The notes: generated by a model from the letters alone, not told the origin. A stretch of 64,000 nt of DNA from Chamaesiphon sp. (GCA_965246715.1 CBDFFH010000017.1:1-64000), one strand, 5' to 3'; shown: positions 20,905-32,129, numbered from the stretch's first letter. Translations and numbers: made by a program.

Positions 20905-21783
20905 TTAGTTTACGGCTGTGACACTGGCAATTACACCACCTTGTTGGTGAATGCGTTGGTATTCTTGGGAGAGCCGATCGTAAGGTACGAAATAGACTTT
21001 ATTACTACGCCGGAACTTAGAAATGCGGTTGACTTTTCCTTGACCGTTATAGCCAGTGACTTCGATCCGGTAGACCTTACCGTTTTCACCAGCAGCAACA
21101 CCCGAGCTGGTGCTAGCAGTGCCAGTAGGCTCCTGGAACGACCAACCATTGCCGATCGATCCGCCCGAAGGTGGTACGATTGCTACTGGAATCGATTGAA
21201 TGACATTTTTATTGAGCGCTGGCGTTTTACCCGCAAGGCTGCCTTTGAAATCGCTGCTAGAAGCACCACGCAACATTGCGAACATGTGGGTGAATCCCAC
21301 CATCGTTTGTCCGGGCTGAGTTTTGTAACCGCGATAGAAGGGGACAAAATTTTCGCCGTAGGCATTTTGATATTCATCGCTATCGAGGTAGGAGTCGATC
21401 TCCGCCTCAAATCCTGCCGTATCGAGAATGGTGCTGTGCATCCGCATCTCTTCGAGATCGGTGGGCGTGCGACCTAATAAATGCTTGAAGTTTAGTTCCA
21501 CAAAGCGATAGCGCGGACAGGTGTCAAAAAAGCGCGAGCGGTAAGCGTCGGATTTTGCCAAAGCGCGGACGAATTCTCGCACGCTGAGTTCGCCGCGTTT
21601 GAACTGAGATTCGGGTACAACCGCACGCTCGCTCTCCATGACATAGGCATTACCCAAAACTTGGCGATAAACAGCACGAATGATGCTTTCTACTTCTTCT
21701 GTCGATCGACCGGGGATAAGTTCGATTGGCGGTGTTTCCTCAAACAAACTAACGCCGAGCTGAGATGCAGGACCAAAAACCAT
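20905..21783 (-). CDS. cpeC: Phycoerythrin-associated rod linker CpeC
   Basis: MVFGPASQLGVSLFEETPP...VPESQFKRGELSVREF; GGAG SD upstream of ATG 21783. Confidence 0.93.
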   Translation of the reverse strand: MVFGPASQLGVSLFEETPPIELIPGRSTEEVESIIRAVYRQVLGNAYVMESERAVVPESQFKRGELSVREFVRALAKSDAYRSRFFDTCPRYRFVELNFKHLLGRTPTDLEEMRMHSTILDTAGFEAEIDSYLDSDEYQNAYGENFVPFYRGYKTQPGQTMVGFTHMFAMLRGASSSDFKGSLAGKTPALNKNVIQSIPVAIVPPSGGSIGNGWSFQEPTGTASTSSGVAAGENGKVYRIEVTGYNGQGKVNRISKFRRSNKVYFVPYDRLSQEYQRIHQQGGVIASVTAVN

Positions 21784-22039
21784 TTGCACAATCTCCACAA
21801 CATTAAAAATTTGCCTCTCAGTATATCATGTGCTGGATCGCTGAAAAATGTAAATAAAACAGAAGTTAATCTTCCATAAAATCGATACCAAAAATCAAAA
21901 GTCTCTGAGTTAATTATCTATTCGGCGGCGATCGTATCCGCAGCTTGCCTGAGACACTGCATTAAGTTTTATTAAGTTTTATGATAGCAATGCCAAACAA
22001 TCCCAGATTATTGACCAAAATTGGCGGACTGAGCCTAAT

Positions 22040-22057
22040 TTTGTAACGATATGTAAA
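22040..22057 (-). promoter_or_regulatory. HLR1 (RpaB-type) direct repeat
   Basis: Minus strand TTTACATA-TC-GTTACAAA fits (G/T)TTACA(T/A)(T/A)-N2-(G/T)TTACA(T/A)(T/A) exactly. Confidence 0.7.
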
Positions 22058-22097
22058 TTTGATTTGTGAAAATAGATAGCGAAGTTTAAAATTGCTT

Positions 22098-22115
22098 CGT
22101 GCAAACTCTGTGCAA
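22098..22115 (-). promoter_or_regulatory. L-box (RcaC-binding, chromatic acclimation type 3)
   Basis: Minus strand TTGCACA-GAGT-TTGCACG versus consensus TTGCACA-N4-TTGCACA, in the cpeC/pebA divergent intergenic region. Confidence 0.75.
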
Positions 22116-22146
22116 GCGGAAAAATTGAAGCCTGAGATAAAAACCT

Positions 22147-22899
22147 ATGTTTAAACCGTTTCAAGAATTTCTAGAAAATGAACTGTTCGATCGGTTCGAG
22201 TTGCAAAATCGGGCGATTCCGGCGGGTTTAGAAACGGTGGTAAGCGATCGAGGTAAAAATCCAGCGACGATTCAGAGTTGGTGCTATCAATGTCCCGAAC
22301 TGCGGAAAATTCGCTATAGCTATATCGATGCTGGCGAAACGGCGCAAATATTTAATAGTGTTATTTATCCAGACTACAGTTACGATCTACCACTACTAGG
22401 AATTGATTTTCTCTCCTTTGGTGCGAAAAAAATTCTGATCGTGTTAGATTTTCAGCCGTTATTCCGCGAGCCAGCTTATATCGAAAAATATATCGCGCCC
22501 ATGAGTAGCGTTCGCGATAAGTATAAAGACTTGGCACAAGACTTAGAAATGAAATTTTATGATGCGAATCAATATTTTTCCAAGAATCTCCTGTTTGCCA
22601 AGACAGACTCCGAATCGGTTTTGAATCGGTTGTTACCAGCGTTTCAAGAGTATGTCCGGTTATATTGTGAGACATTGGCCGCCGCAACACCGATGACCGA
22701 CCCCTCAGATCGAGCGCGGATTATGACAGCCCAAAAAGATTACGATACATATAGTGCCGATCGCGATCCAGCATCTGGTCTGTTTGGGAGCTATTTCGGA
22801 CATGAATGGTCTGAACGGTTTCTGTACGAGTTTTTGTTTGAAGATGCGGTAAAAGTCGTGACAAAAAGCGAGCTACTGGCAACGGCGGCATCGATCTAA
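22147..22899 (+). CDS. pebA: 15,16-dihydrobiliverdin:ferredoxin oxidoreductase
   Basis: LRKIRYSYIDAG, DLPLLGIDFLSFG, LDFQPL, YSADRDPASGLF. Confidence 0.96.
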   Translation: MFKPFQEFLENELFDRFELQNRAIPAGLETVVSDRGKNPATIQSWCYQCPELRKIRYSYIDAGETAQIFNSVIYPDYSYDLPLLGIDFLSFGAKKILIVLDFQPLFREPAYIEKYIAPMSSVRDKYKDLAQDLEMKFYDANQYFSKNLLFAKTDSESVLNRLLPAFQEYVRLYCETLAAATPMTDPSDRARIMTAQKDYDTYSADRDPASGLFGSYFGHEWSERFLYEFLFEDAVKVVTKSELLATAASI

Positions 22900-22914
22900 T
22901 TCAACATATTCAAG

Positions 22915-23655
22915 ATGACACTTTATCAACCTTTCCTCGATGATGCGATCGATCTTCTCGGCGCGCGACTAGAGCTAGAACCCTATCCGATTCCGGTAGG
23001 GTTCGATCGCAATGAATGTACGACCGGCAAAGGAGCCAAAGAGCAAGTTGTCATCACGACCAGCCATGCCTTTCGATCGACCAAACTCCGCCAAATTCGC
23101 GCGGCGCACGTCGAGGGTGGCGATTCGCTGCAAGTACTCAATTTTGTAATTTTCCCCCAGCCAAATTACGATTTACCGTTTTTTGGAGCCGATTTAGTCA
23201 CCCTACCCGGCGGTCATTTAATCGCGATCGATATGCAGCCGCTATTCCACACTCCAGATTACCGCGAGCGATATAGCGATCCAGTTTTACCAATTTTCCA
23301 ATCCTATCAACAAGATCTACCCTGGGGTGGTGACTTTCCGGAAGAAGCAAAAGCGTTTTTCTCTCCAGCATTTTTGTGGACGCGCACCAAGGATAACGAT
23401 CTAGTTGCGACGCGCGTGTTTGATGCATTTAAAGAATATTTGCAAGCATATATCGATTTTGTCGATCGCGCACAACCGCTCGACGATCCGCAGCGATTGG
23501 CCGAGATCCTGCAAGCGCAAAGAGCATATTTGAAATATCGTTCCGAAAAAGACCCCGCCAGAGGGATGTTGACTCGGCTCTACGGTGAAGAATGGACGGA
23601 GGAATACATTCACGGCTTCTTGTTCGATCTGGAGCGGGAACTAGCCAAAACCTAA
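22915..23655 (+). CDS. pebB: Phycoerythrobilin:ferredoxin oxidoreductase
   Basis: [36 protein letters not shown]. Confidence 0.96.
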   Translation: MTLYQPFLDDAIDLLGARLELEPYPIPVGFDRNECTTGKGAKEQVVITTSHAFRSTKLRQIRAAHVEGGDSLQVLNFVIFPQPNYDLPFFGADLVTLPGGHLIAIDMQPLFHTPDYRERYSDPVLPIFQSYQQDLPWGGDFPEEAKAFFSPAFLWTRTKDNDLVATRVFDAFKEYLQAYIDFVDRAQPLDDPQRLAEILQAQRAYLKYRSEKDPARGMLTRLYGEEWTEEYIHGFLFDLERELAKT

Positions 23656-24453
23656 ACTTTGAGCGGTGCTAGTACGTGTGGTCGAATTCCACGTCCCGAG
23701 TTCTTGTGGAGAATGTCCGCGCAACATCGACTTCATCGCATCCGTCAGACCTTGGGCGAGGGTAAAATCAGCGCCAGCAATATTTACCAACTGTTCGAGA
23801 TTGGCATCTGTCAAATCGGCAGCACGTAAGTCCGCCCCTTTTAACTCCGCGCCGATGAGCTTGGCATTTCGCAAACAGGCTCCGGTGAGGAATGCATTCT
23901 GAAGATTGGCACCGCTGAGCGCTGCACCCGTGAGATTTGCTTCCGTGAGATCCGCGCCACTGAGATAGGTACCCCGTAAATTGCAATTACTCAGATCTGC
24001 GCCCCGCAAACTGACCGCATTCAAAAACATTCCACTCAAATTTGCCCCAGGGCCGAGTGCGCCTGAAGACTTATAATTAAATCCCTCTGGCCACAACGTG
24101 AGCGCATCGTATTGGGCTAATTTTAATTTTGCATCAGTTAAATCCGCGCCAGTGAGATCGCACCCTCGGAGATCCACCCGAAACAGAAAACAACCATGGA
24201 AATTGGATCCTTGGCAATTTGCACTACTCAAATCGGCGCGACGGAGATCTGCACCGTGAAAATTAGATCCAGCCAGCTGCGATCGACTAAAATTAGCACC
24301 GATCGCCTTGGCACCACTAAAATCGATACCAGCTAAGTCTTGCTGGCTCAAATCGCGCTCGCGTAATTCCTGGCGATCGAAATCTCGATCTTGTTGTCGT
24401 GGTGATAAAATTTCTGGTGCTGAGGACGTGCTACGCAGCGGATCGATTGCCAT
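23641..24453 (-). CDS. Pentapeptide-repeat protein
   Basis: Many A(D/N)LxG repeats. Confidence 0.92.
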   Translation of the reverse strand: MAIDPLRSTSSAPEILSPRQQDRDFDRQELRERDLSQQDLAGIDFSGAKAIGANFSRSQLAGSNFHGADLRRADLSSANCQGSNFHGCFLFRVDLRGCDLTGADLTDAKLKLAQYDALTLWPEGFNYKSSGALGPGANLSGMFLNAVSLRGADLSNCNLRGTYLSGADLTEANLTGAALSGANLQNAFLTGACLRNAKLIGAELKGADLRAADLTDANLEQLVNIAGADFTLAQGLTDAMKSMLRGHSPQELGTWNSTTRTSTAQSLGFG

Positions 24454-24591
24454 TTTTTCTGAAGATTTATTGATGGGATGACACGGAGCTGCCCGATTTA
24501 AACTATCCTAGAATTTGGCTGATTTTAATCTAACTTTTGTTCGCATTTCTTAATTTAACAATCCTTCTCGATCGATAGGTAACAATTTTCG

Positions 24592-25197
24592 ATGCGGTTA
24601 ATATCACCAATGACGATGATGGACTACTTTCGCAAAAGCGAGGGTGTCTGGTTTTCCGAGCGAACGGTGCATAATTTTGACACCGCTGCGGATGAATCGG
24701 GCAAGTCTAATGTCATCATTGACATCCTCGATCGTGACGATCCACGCGTCCTCACAGTCTGCGAGGCACAAGGTGTCGATCCCCAGCATGTCAGCGGTGG
24801 CGCTAGTTTCATGTGGCAGGACAATCTCGATGATGTCTCGCCCAATCCCAATTATGCCGCGATTCTCGTCGATGTCCCCGATCGGGATAATCCGCGCTTG
24901 GGTAAGTTTTTACGGAATCGCGGTTATGTTGAAGGAATTCCGACGATCGGGCTGTATCACTTCGCCAGTGATGGCGTGTTGACGATCGAGACCGAATATG
25001 AAGTCAATCAAGGCCAAGAGCGATCGTGGTTTATTAACGACCATTTTCGCGTCCGGATTATGACAGTGCAACTGCTCAATGGGGTGAAGCAAATGGCTTA
25101 CTGTTCGGAACGGCGGTGCGTTTCACCCGATCGATTGACGGAAATGGTCGATCGGCATCGGGCGAACCGATTAGCCACCGGAATGCTGTCACCCTAG
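24592..25197 (+). CDS. cpeU: CpcS/CpeS-family lyase CpeU
   Basis: FRKSEGVWFSERTVH, GGASFMWQ, RNRGYVE, GQERSWF, YCSERR; start may be at 24610. Confidence 0.82.
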   Translation: MRLISPMTMMDYFRKSEGVWFSERTVHNFDTAADESGKSNVIIDILDRDDPRVLTVCEAQGVDPQHVSGGASFMWQDNLDDVSPNPNYAAILVDVPDRDNPRLGKFLRNRGYVEGIPTIGLYHFASDGVLTIETEYEVNQGQERSWFINDHFRVRIMTVQLLNGVKQMAYCSERRCVSPDRLTEMVDRHRANRLATGMLSP

Positions 25198-25295
25198 ATC
25201 GAGTCGATCGGTACAAATATTCGCAAGCTGGTATTCGGCTCAAACTCTGACTGTGGGCAGTTCCCACTCCACTATCTCAAACTATTAAAAATATT

Positions 25296-25532
25296 ATGAC
25301 CGAATCAGCACATCCCGCTCCTCCCGAACACACCGCCCAGGAAATCACCGAAGTAATTCAAGAATTCGAGCAATATCGCGAACGCCTAATGAGCGAGACG
25401 ATCTCCGCCGCCCAGAAAGCCAAACTGCCACAGAAAGCCGCGCTGACTAAAATCGAACCAGAACTCGCCCAAATCGACGCTTCGCTGGTAGGTCTGCGCG
25501 AGCGATTGGCGACGCTAACTGCGAGTAATTAA
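25296..25532 (+). CDS. Small conserved hypothetical protein of phycoerythrin clusters
   Basis: 78 aa coiled, EFEQYRERL...AQKAKLP. Confidence 0.7.
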   Translation: MTESAHPAPPEHTAQEITEVIQEFEQYRERLMSETISAAQKAKLPQKAALTKIEPELAQIDASLVGLRERLATLTASN

Positions 25533-25691
25533 CCCAAGTTGCTACCCAGAACCAAAGCGATTAGAAACCGCTCCTCAGGTTGCAAAGTCCGCCTTCGCGG
25601 ACTGATAAACCAGTCCGCGAAGGCGGACTTTGTATCATTAGCCACGATTTCAATCGTAGGCACTTCGATAGGTCGCAACTTAGGTTAATTA
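25526..25691. mobile_element. MITE/REPIN-like element with an internal REP doublet
   Basis: 17-bp terminal IR TAATTAACC(C/T)AAGTTGC (1 mismatch); perfect internal 22-bp IR CAAAGTCCGCCTTCGCGGACTG at 25583-25604 / 25611-25632. Confidence 0.75.
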
Positions 25692-25733
25692 GCTCGTCAA
25701 ATATTTGAAGCTCGGAATTATCCTCTTTTATCC

Positions 25734-26672
25734 ATGAGTAATACAGCCAACAACTCGATCGACTCGGTGCCAGACCCGTTACAGCTAGCCCACGCTCAAA
25801 CCGATGCCTTGCTGGCAGGTGTTCACGATCGAATTACCCTCGATACTTTCGACCCCGAAGATGCGCCAACTTTAGTCAGGCTGGTGGAAAGCTTGGGCGA
25901 TACGCGGGGTCTGACTCGGCTCCGGTGTGCGGAGATCCTCAGTGATATCGGCGAACCTGCTACGCCGTTTTTATTGGACGCGCTGGCAGATCATGCCAAT
26001 GTGGTCGTCAGACGCGCAGCAGCCAAAACATTGACCCTGATTGCCGATCCCGTGGCGGTGCCCAATTTACTCTATGCCTTTCTCAATGATGAAGATACCG
26101 TCGTGCAGGGGTCTTCCGTCGGTGCGATGGCGCGCATTGGTAAGCCTGCGGCATTATCCTTACTAGAGGTGTTGGCGGATAGTAAGTTGTCCGAAAGTAC
26201 CAAGGGTCATGCGGCTTGGGCATTAGCATTTATGGGCGCAGAAGCCAAGGAATATTTGGCTAAGGCACTGGAGTCAGATTCGATCGATGTGCGGTGTGCG
26301 GTGATTGGCGCAATGGGCAAGGTGGCGCAGGAAGAACCCAAGCCAGAATTATTTGAGATGTTGGTGAAATCTTTAACCGATCGGGATGTCGATGTGCGGT
26401 GTGAAGCAGCGGCTGTGTTGGGAAATTTAGCCTATCAACCAGCAATTCCGGACACGATCGAATTATTGCATTATCCAGATCCCACAAGTCGGAAAGCCGC
26501 CGCATTATCGTTGATGAAGATGGGGATGAATGCTCCAGCGCATCCGTCAACTCAGACGGCAGTTGCGGCATTAGAAGCAGCGTTGACACAAGAGCAAGAA
26601 ACGACAATCCAACCGATTATCAAACTCGCCCTCTCCCAAATTCAAGCTGCATCGCTCAGGGAAAGCGCCTGA
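25734..26672 (+). CDS. cpeF: Phycoerythrobilin lyase CpeF (MpeV-family HEAT repeat)
   Basis: LVESLGDTRGLTRLRCAE, VVVRRAAAKTLTLIADP, KGHAAWALAF. Confidence 0.8.
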   Translation: MSNTANNSIDSVPDPLQLAHAQTDALLAGVHDRITLDTFDPEDAPTLVRLVESLGDTRGLTRLRCAEILSDIGEPATPFLLDALADHANVVVRRAAAKTLTLIADPVAVPNLLYAFLNDEDTVVQGSSVGAMARIGKPAALSLLEVLADSKLSESTKGHAAWALAFMGAEAKEYLAKALESDSIDVRCAVIGAMGKVAQEEPKPELFEMLVKSLTDRDVDVRCEAAAVLGNLAYQPAIPDTIELLHYPDPTSRKAAALSLMKMGMNAPAHPSTQTAVAALEAALTQEQETTIQPIIKLALSQIQAASLRESA

Positions 26673-26778
26673 TTGGCGATCGCGCGGCGATATTAACTAA
26701 TAACGTACCGTTGAGTAAAGGCCGTTATTTTAGGGGTAAACCTGCCAAAAATTTCATGCCGCAATTTAGCAACGCCGC

Positions 26779-29700
26779 TTATGCTTTCGGACTAGGATGG
26801 ACGATCGCAATATCACGATCGGAAGCCGGCTTTTTCCGCGAACCCGATAATACAGAATCAGCCGTACTCTTAATCAAAACATAGAGAATCGGCACTAAAA
26901 ACAGACTTAAAAACGTTGCTAGCAGCAAACCGCCAAATAGTGCCGTCCCCAACGACCACCGACTACTGGCACCAGCGCCAGTAGAGAGGACTAGCGGTAA
27001 AAATCCCAACAACGCCGCAAAAGAAGTCATCAAAATCGGTCGCAACCGTTCTTCCCCAGCTTTCACTGCTGCACGGGTGTAGCTCATCCCTTGCTCGTGG
27101 AGATGATTGGCAAATTCGACCACTAAGATCGCATTCTTGGCAGCTAAACCGATCAAAGTAACCAAACCCACTTGGCAATACACATCATCCACCACTTTCG
27201 GAAACAGGCTATCTGCCATGAAAATATTCGTGCGAATCCAAATCGCACTCATCGCACCCAAAACTGCTAAAGGTACCGTTAGCAAGATAATTAAGGGGTC
27301 GACATAGCTTTCATACTGTGCTGAAAGTACCAAAAATACAATGACTAGCGCCAAAGCAAAAATCAGTCCAGTCGAGCCACCAGATGATTTTTCCTGAAGA
27401 TAAGTCCCCGTCCATTCGTAACCAAACCCTTGCGGTAAGACTTCTTTGGCGACTGCTTCCATTGCTTGAATTGCCTGTCCGGAACTGGCTCCGGGTGCGG
27501 GACTACCTTGAATCTTGATCGATCGATATAAATTATAGTGCGAAATAGTTTTCGGGCCGACAAAGGGCGTAATCGTCACCAGACTGTTTAATGGAATTAG
27601 CGCCCCAGCGGTGGAGCGGACATAGAGCTTGCCGATATCGGCAGGATTGGCGCGGAACTGCCCATCGGCTTGGACGTAGACTCGATACTGTCTTTGTCCT
27701 TGGATGAAGTCATTGATATATTGCGATCCTAAATAGGTTTGCAATGTGCTAAAGATTTGACCCACATCGACATTCAGCGCCTTAGCTTGATTGCGATTGA
27801 CCTGAATATCGAATTGCGGGGTACTGGCCGTAAATTGGGTAAAGACTCGTTGTAATGCTGGTTGTTTATTCGCAGCAGCAATAAACTTTTGGGCATTAGC
27901 TACCAAAGTTTCGATCGGTGCGGTGCCAGTACGATCTTGGATCTGAAACTCAAATCCACCCGTTGCACTCAATCCCCTTACTGGTGGCGCGTTGACAGCC
28001 AGTACCCGCCCTTCCGTAATTGTCGAGAGCTTTTGGTTGAGAGTTCGGAGAATACCATAGACAGACTGCGCTTGCGTCGTGCGCTCTTTCCAAGATTTCA
28101 GGCTGACAAACCCTAGTCCCACATTAGAAGCACCACCATCAAATCCGAAGCCACTAATCATAAAAGTAGCCTGAGCTTCGGGAATTGTAGATACTTCTTT
28201 GGCAACCCGCGACATAATCGAGTCCGTATACTGCAACGAAACCCCGTCGGGAGCCTGCGCGATTACAAAGAAGTAACCCTGATCTTCCTCAGGAATAAAC
28301 CCAGTTGGTACCGCTCTGTACATAAATACCGTTGCAAGCAACCCGACGATAAACACCCCCATCACGATCGGGATAACATGAGTGAGGTGACTAACAAAGC
28401 CAACATAACGACGCGTAGACCAAGCAAAGCCCTGATTGAACTTACCAAAGAACCATCCCAGCGGCCCCCGCCCAGGTTGAGCGGGACGCATGATAATTGC
28501 GGCAATACTGGGCGAAAATGTCAGCGCATTGAAGGTGGAGATCGCCACCGAGCAAGCAACTGTCAGGGCAAACTGTTTGAAGACAATCCCCGTCGTCCCT
28601 GGAATAAATGCCACGGGGATAAAAACCGCCATCAGTACTAGTGAAGTAGCAATAATCGCCCCTGACAACTCTCGCATTGCCTCGACAGCCGCATTGTACG
28701 GGGTCATCCCCTGTTCCAACTTGACATTGACTGCCTCGACGACAATAATCGCATCATCGACAACTAGACCGATCGCGAGTACGAAACCAAATAATGTCAA
28801 CGTGTTGATCTGAAATCCCAATACCAACAACACCGCACAAGTCCCGATCAACGACACCGGAATCGCGATCGTCGGAATGATCGTGGTACGCCAATCTTGC
28901 AAAAACACGAAAATTACCAAGACTACCAAAATAATCGCTTCGATCAAGGTGAATAACACCTCTTCTAGCGAAATTTCTACGAATGGAGTAGTATCAAACG
29001 CTACTTGGGCTTTGAGTCCTGGGGGAAAATTCTTCGCTAACTCTTCGATCTGGTGTTCCACCGCTTGGGCAACTTGCAATGCATTACTTCCAGGCAGTTG
29101 ATATATACCCATCCCTACAGCTGCTTTGGGATTATTCCCTGGCAAGGTAAATCTGGCATTCGAGGTGTAGTTTTCAGCACCAAGTTCGACCCGACCCACA
29201 TCGCTCAGTTTTACGAGCGTGCCACCCTGCGCCACTTTCAAGACCAAGTTCTCAAATTCTGAGACATCCTTGAAGCGACTGGTAGCCCGTAATGAAAATT
29301 CAAAACTTTGATTTTTTGGCGCTGGTTCTTTCCCGATCGCACCCGCACCGACCTGAATATTTTGTTCCTGCAAGGCATTGGTAATATCTTGCGGAGTCAG
29401 TTGATTTTGGGCGAGTTTATTCGGATCGAGCCAGAGTCGCATCGCATACTTGCGTTCGCCAAATATTCGCACACTCCCAACTCCAGGTACGCGTTTGATC
29501 AGATCGAGTGCATATAAATCGACATAATTACTGATAAAAATATTGTCGTATTCATTATTTTCCGCATAAAAACCATACACTAGCAACAGACTAGTCGATG
29601 CTGTTTCAACTGTTACACCAGTTCGCTGAACTGCTGTTGGTAATTGCGGTGCGGCTAGAGCTTGTTTATTTTGGACGTTGACTTGGGCGATATCTGAATT

Positions 29701-29997
29701 AACATTAGTTGGGAAGGAAACGGTAATATTGCTCGAACCGTCGTTACCAGTGTTGGAAGAGATATAGGAGACATTTTTAACACCATTAATTTGACGTTCG
29801 ATAATATTAGTAACAGTACTTTCGGTGGTTTGAGAGTCAGCGCCCGTATTATTTGAAGTAACGTTAATTTGAATTGGTGCGAGATCTGGAAGTTGTGAAA
29901 TCGGTAGGATCGGAATTGCAATACATCCCAACAGCAAAATAATAAACGTACAAACTGTTGTTAGAACCGGACGTTTGATAAAGGTGTTGACAAACAT
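26779..29997 (-). CDS. RND efflux permease (AcrB/HAE1 family)
   Basis: 1072 aa; FIKRPV, AIGLVVDDAIIVVE, AKNAILVVEF, RLRPILMTS. Confidence 0.97.
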   Translation of the reverse strand: MFVNTFIKRPVLTTVCTFIILLLGCIAIPILPISQLPDLAPIQINVTSNNTGADSQTTESTVTNIIERQINGVKNVSYISSNTGNDGSSNITVSFPTNVNSDIAQVNVQNKQALAAPQLPTAVQRTGVTVETASTSLLLVYGFYAENNEYDNIFISNYVDLYALDLIKRVPGVGSVRIFGERKYAMRLWLDPNKLAQNQLTPQDITNALQEQNIQVGAGAIGKEPAPKNQSFEFSLRATSRFKDVSEFENLVLKVAQGGTLVKLSDVGRVELGAENYTSNARFTLPGNNPKAAVGMGIYQLPGSNALQVAQAVEHQIEELAKNFPPGLKAQVAFDTTPFVEISLEEVLFTLIEAIILVVLVIFVFLQDWRTTIIPTIAIPVSLIGTCAVLLVLGFQINTLTLFGFVLAIGLVVDDAIIVVEAVNVKLEQGMTPYNAAVEAMRELSGAIIATSLVLMAVFIPVAFIPGTTGIVFKQFALTVACSVAISTFNALTFSPSIAAIIMRPAQPGRGPLGWFFGKFNQGFAWSTRRYVGFVSHLTHVIPIVMGVFIVGLLATVFMYRAVPTGFIPEEDQGYFFVIAQAPDGVSLQYTDSIMSRVAKEVSTIPEAQATFMISGFGFDGGASNVGLGFVSLKSWKERTTQAQSVYGILRTLNQKLSTITEGRVLAVNAPPVRGLSATGGFEFQIQDRTGTAPIETLVANAQKFIAAANKQPALQRVFTQFTASTPQFDIQVNRNQAKALNVDVGQIFSTLQTYLGSQYINDFIQGQRQYRVYVQADGQFRANPADIGKLYVRSTAGALIPLNSLVTITPFVGPKTISHYNLYRSIKIQGSPAPGASSGQAIQAMEAVAKEVLPQGFGYEWTGTYLQEKSSGGSTGLIFALALVIVFLVLSAQYESYVDPLIILLTVPLAVLGAMSAIWIRTNIFMADSLFPKVVDDVYCQVGLVTLIGLAAKNAILVVEFANHLHEQGMSYTRAAVKAGEERLRPILMTSFAALLGFLPLVLSTGAGASSRWSLGTALFGGLLLATFLSLFLVPILYVLIKSTADSVLSGSRKKPASDRDIAIVHPSPKA

Positions 29998-30066
29998 ATC
30001 GCAATTCTGATGGTTAGTGGATAATGATGGGCAATGCGCACCCGCTGGTTGGTGGAGTTTTTAGCT

Positions 30067-31671
30067 TTATTGCGGTTTTTGCGCGGCAGTATTTGCTTCA
30101 GAGGCAGCTACGATCGGCGCGCCATTGGTCAAACTCAGTAAGCCAGTGGTGACAATCTGTTCGCCAGGTTTCAATCCGCTAACAACTTGATAATTATTAC
30201 CCTCGATCGCCCCTAAAGTGACAGGCTTTTGGATGGCTGTTAAGGCAGTCTTCCCATCTGGCGTTTGTTGCTGCTGAGCAACAAATACAAAGGTTTTACC
30301 CCCCAACCGCGATACTGCCGTCACCGGAATTAAAATCCCCGGACGTTTTGCCCAGATAACTTTGCCCTGAACAGACTGCCGATTGATTAGTTGCCTGTCA
30401 GTATTCGCAAAAGTGGCTTTTGCCAGAATAGTTTGTGAGTCGGCTGTCGCATTTGGGGCGATAAAGCTCACTTTACCCATCGCGAGCGATTTACCTGCCG
30501 AATCTAATAGCTCCACTGGCAGCCCCGATCGCAGTTGTTTGGCGCGAGCGAGCGGAATCGGGAGATTGAGGTTGAAGGAGTCGTTTTTGGTCAGTGTGGT
30601 GAGTGCGTCACCTTTAGCGGCTAAGTCGCCAACTTTGTAGTTGGGAATATTCCCAACTACGCCTGTAAACGGTGCGAGTACTTGGGTATATTGCAATTGC
30701 ACTTGAGCCGCGCGGACTTGAGCCGCTGCTTGACTTACTTGCGATCGAGCTTGAGCGATCTCTTCTGGACGCGACCCATTGAGCTGTTGCTGTAAGTTTT
30801 GCTTTTGTTGGTCTACCGTCGCCGAGAGCGCGCTGATATCCGATCTCCGCGTATTTTGGAGTTGCTGCAACCGTTTTTGGGCGACGACTAGCGCCGCTTC
30901 AGCACTGCGTTGTGCTTGACGATATCCTTCTAATAGATCCTGAGAAACTGCACCCTGTGCGGCTAATGGCTCGTATCTTTTGGTGCGCGATTTGGCAAGA
31001 TCGAGCGTGGATTTAGCCGAGTCGATTTGGGCGACTGCTTGGGCGATATCTTGGGGTTGCGATCCCGTTTGGGCATCTCTGAGCCGTGCCTGAGCTTGAG
31101 CTAACGTGGCTCTGGCTTGGGCGATTTGTTCGGGACGAGTACCCGCGTTGAGCAGTGCCAGATTTGCCTGAGCTTGTTCTAGAGCTGCTTGGCGCTGTTG
31201 CACCAGTGCTTGGGTATCATCGCTCTGCAAGCTGACGATCGGTTGTCCCTGCTGAACGCGATCGCCTTCTTTGATAAAAATCTGCTTGATGCGCCCTTCG
31301 ATCTGGGGCTTAATCGTGACAAATAAGGGAGCCTCCAAGGTGCCCACAAACACCGAACTGTCCTGCACGGTAGTCGAGCCGACCTTAACTAGCTTAACTG
31401 GTGTTGCTGGTGGCTTAGCCGTAGCTCCTGCCGCCGCCGCATTATTGGCGTGACTTGCCTGCCACCAGCGGATACCCAACCCGACACCGCCGACCAACAA
31501 AATGATGCCCAAGATCCACGCCAATCTTCTTCGTTTGGGTGGAGGCGAAGGCTCTTGCTCTACAACCGGGCTTTCGGGTAATAGTAGTTGCGGTTTACGA
31601 TCGGAGCTGTCTAAATCTGGCTGTTTTACCTCTGTGGGAACTGGATGGTCGGGTAATTTAGTATTAGACAT
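30067..31671 (-). CDS. RND periplasmic adaptor (membrane fusion protein)
   Basis: TM anchor, lipoyl-like halves, long coiled coil, APFTGVVG, GLKPGEQIV. Confidence 0.95.
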   Translation of the reverse strand: MSNTKLPDHPVPTEVKQPDLDSSDRKPQLLLPESPVVEQEPSPPPKRRRLAWILGIILLVGGVGLGIRWWQASHANNAAAAGATAKPPATPVKLVKVGSTTVQDSSVFVGTLEAPLFVTIKPQIEGRIKQIFIKEGDRVQQGQPIVSLQSDDTQALVQQRQAALEQAQANLALLNAGTRPEQIAQARATLAQAQARLRDAQTGSQPQDIAQAVAQIDSAKSTLDLAKSRTKRYEPLAAQGAVSQDLLEGYRQAQRSAEAALVVAQKRLQQLQNTRRSDISALSATVDQQKQNLQQQLNGSRPEEIAQARSQVSQAAAQVRAAQVQLQYTQVLAPFTGVVGNIPNYKVGDLAAKGDALTTLTKNDSFNLNLPIPLARAKQLRSGLPVELLDSAGKSLAMGKVSFIAPNATADSQTILAKATFANTDRQLINRQSVQGKVIWAKRPGILIPVTAVSRLGGKTFVFVAQQQQTPDGKTALTAIQKPVTLGAIEGNNYQVVSGLKPGEQIVTTGLLSLTNGAPIVAASEANTAAQKPQ

Positions 31672-32129
31672 CTTTAAATCTTCTAAATTTTGGATTAGAT
31701 TTCAGCGGATCTGCTTGAGAGGATGCCTGAAAATGGACTGCTGTTACCCGATACAACTAGGATCTCAAGCTGTAAATACAGCGCAACAATTTTGTCAGCG
31801 AGTATTCAATCAATTTTGCAGGAATTATTGAATCTTTAGCTCTATCTAATGATAGATATTTGTCGAGCAATCGAGAGTATCGATCGACACAATTGACGCT
31901 GAAAGTCAGTTTACATGCGAGATTTGGTAATTTTTGCCGTGCGAGATCGAACTAACTAGATAGTTGAAAGATGTTAACCATCATGTTGATTATGCTAGGT
32001 TGAATTTATTTGAACGACCCAGCAAAATATCTCGATGAGTCCAAAATACTTGGTCAGTTGCAATGGTTAAAAGAACGATCGCGGTTAGAATAATAGCTGG
32101 ATGACAAAAAGACTACACAAATTAAACTG

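Noticed and set aside
21784..21790. TTGCACA next to the cpeC start as a second L-box
   Set aside because: Only a half-site; the partner position is the SD sequence.
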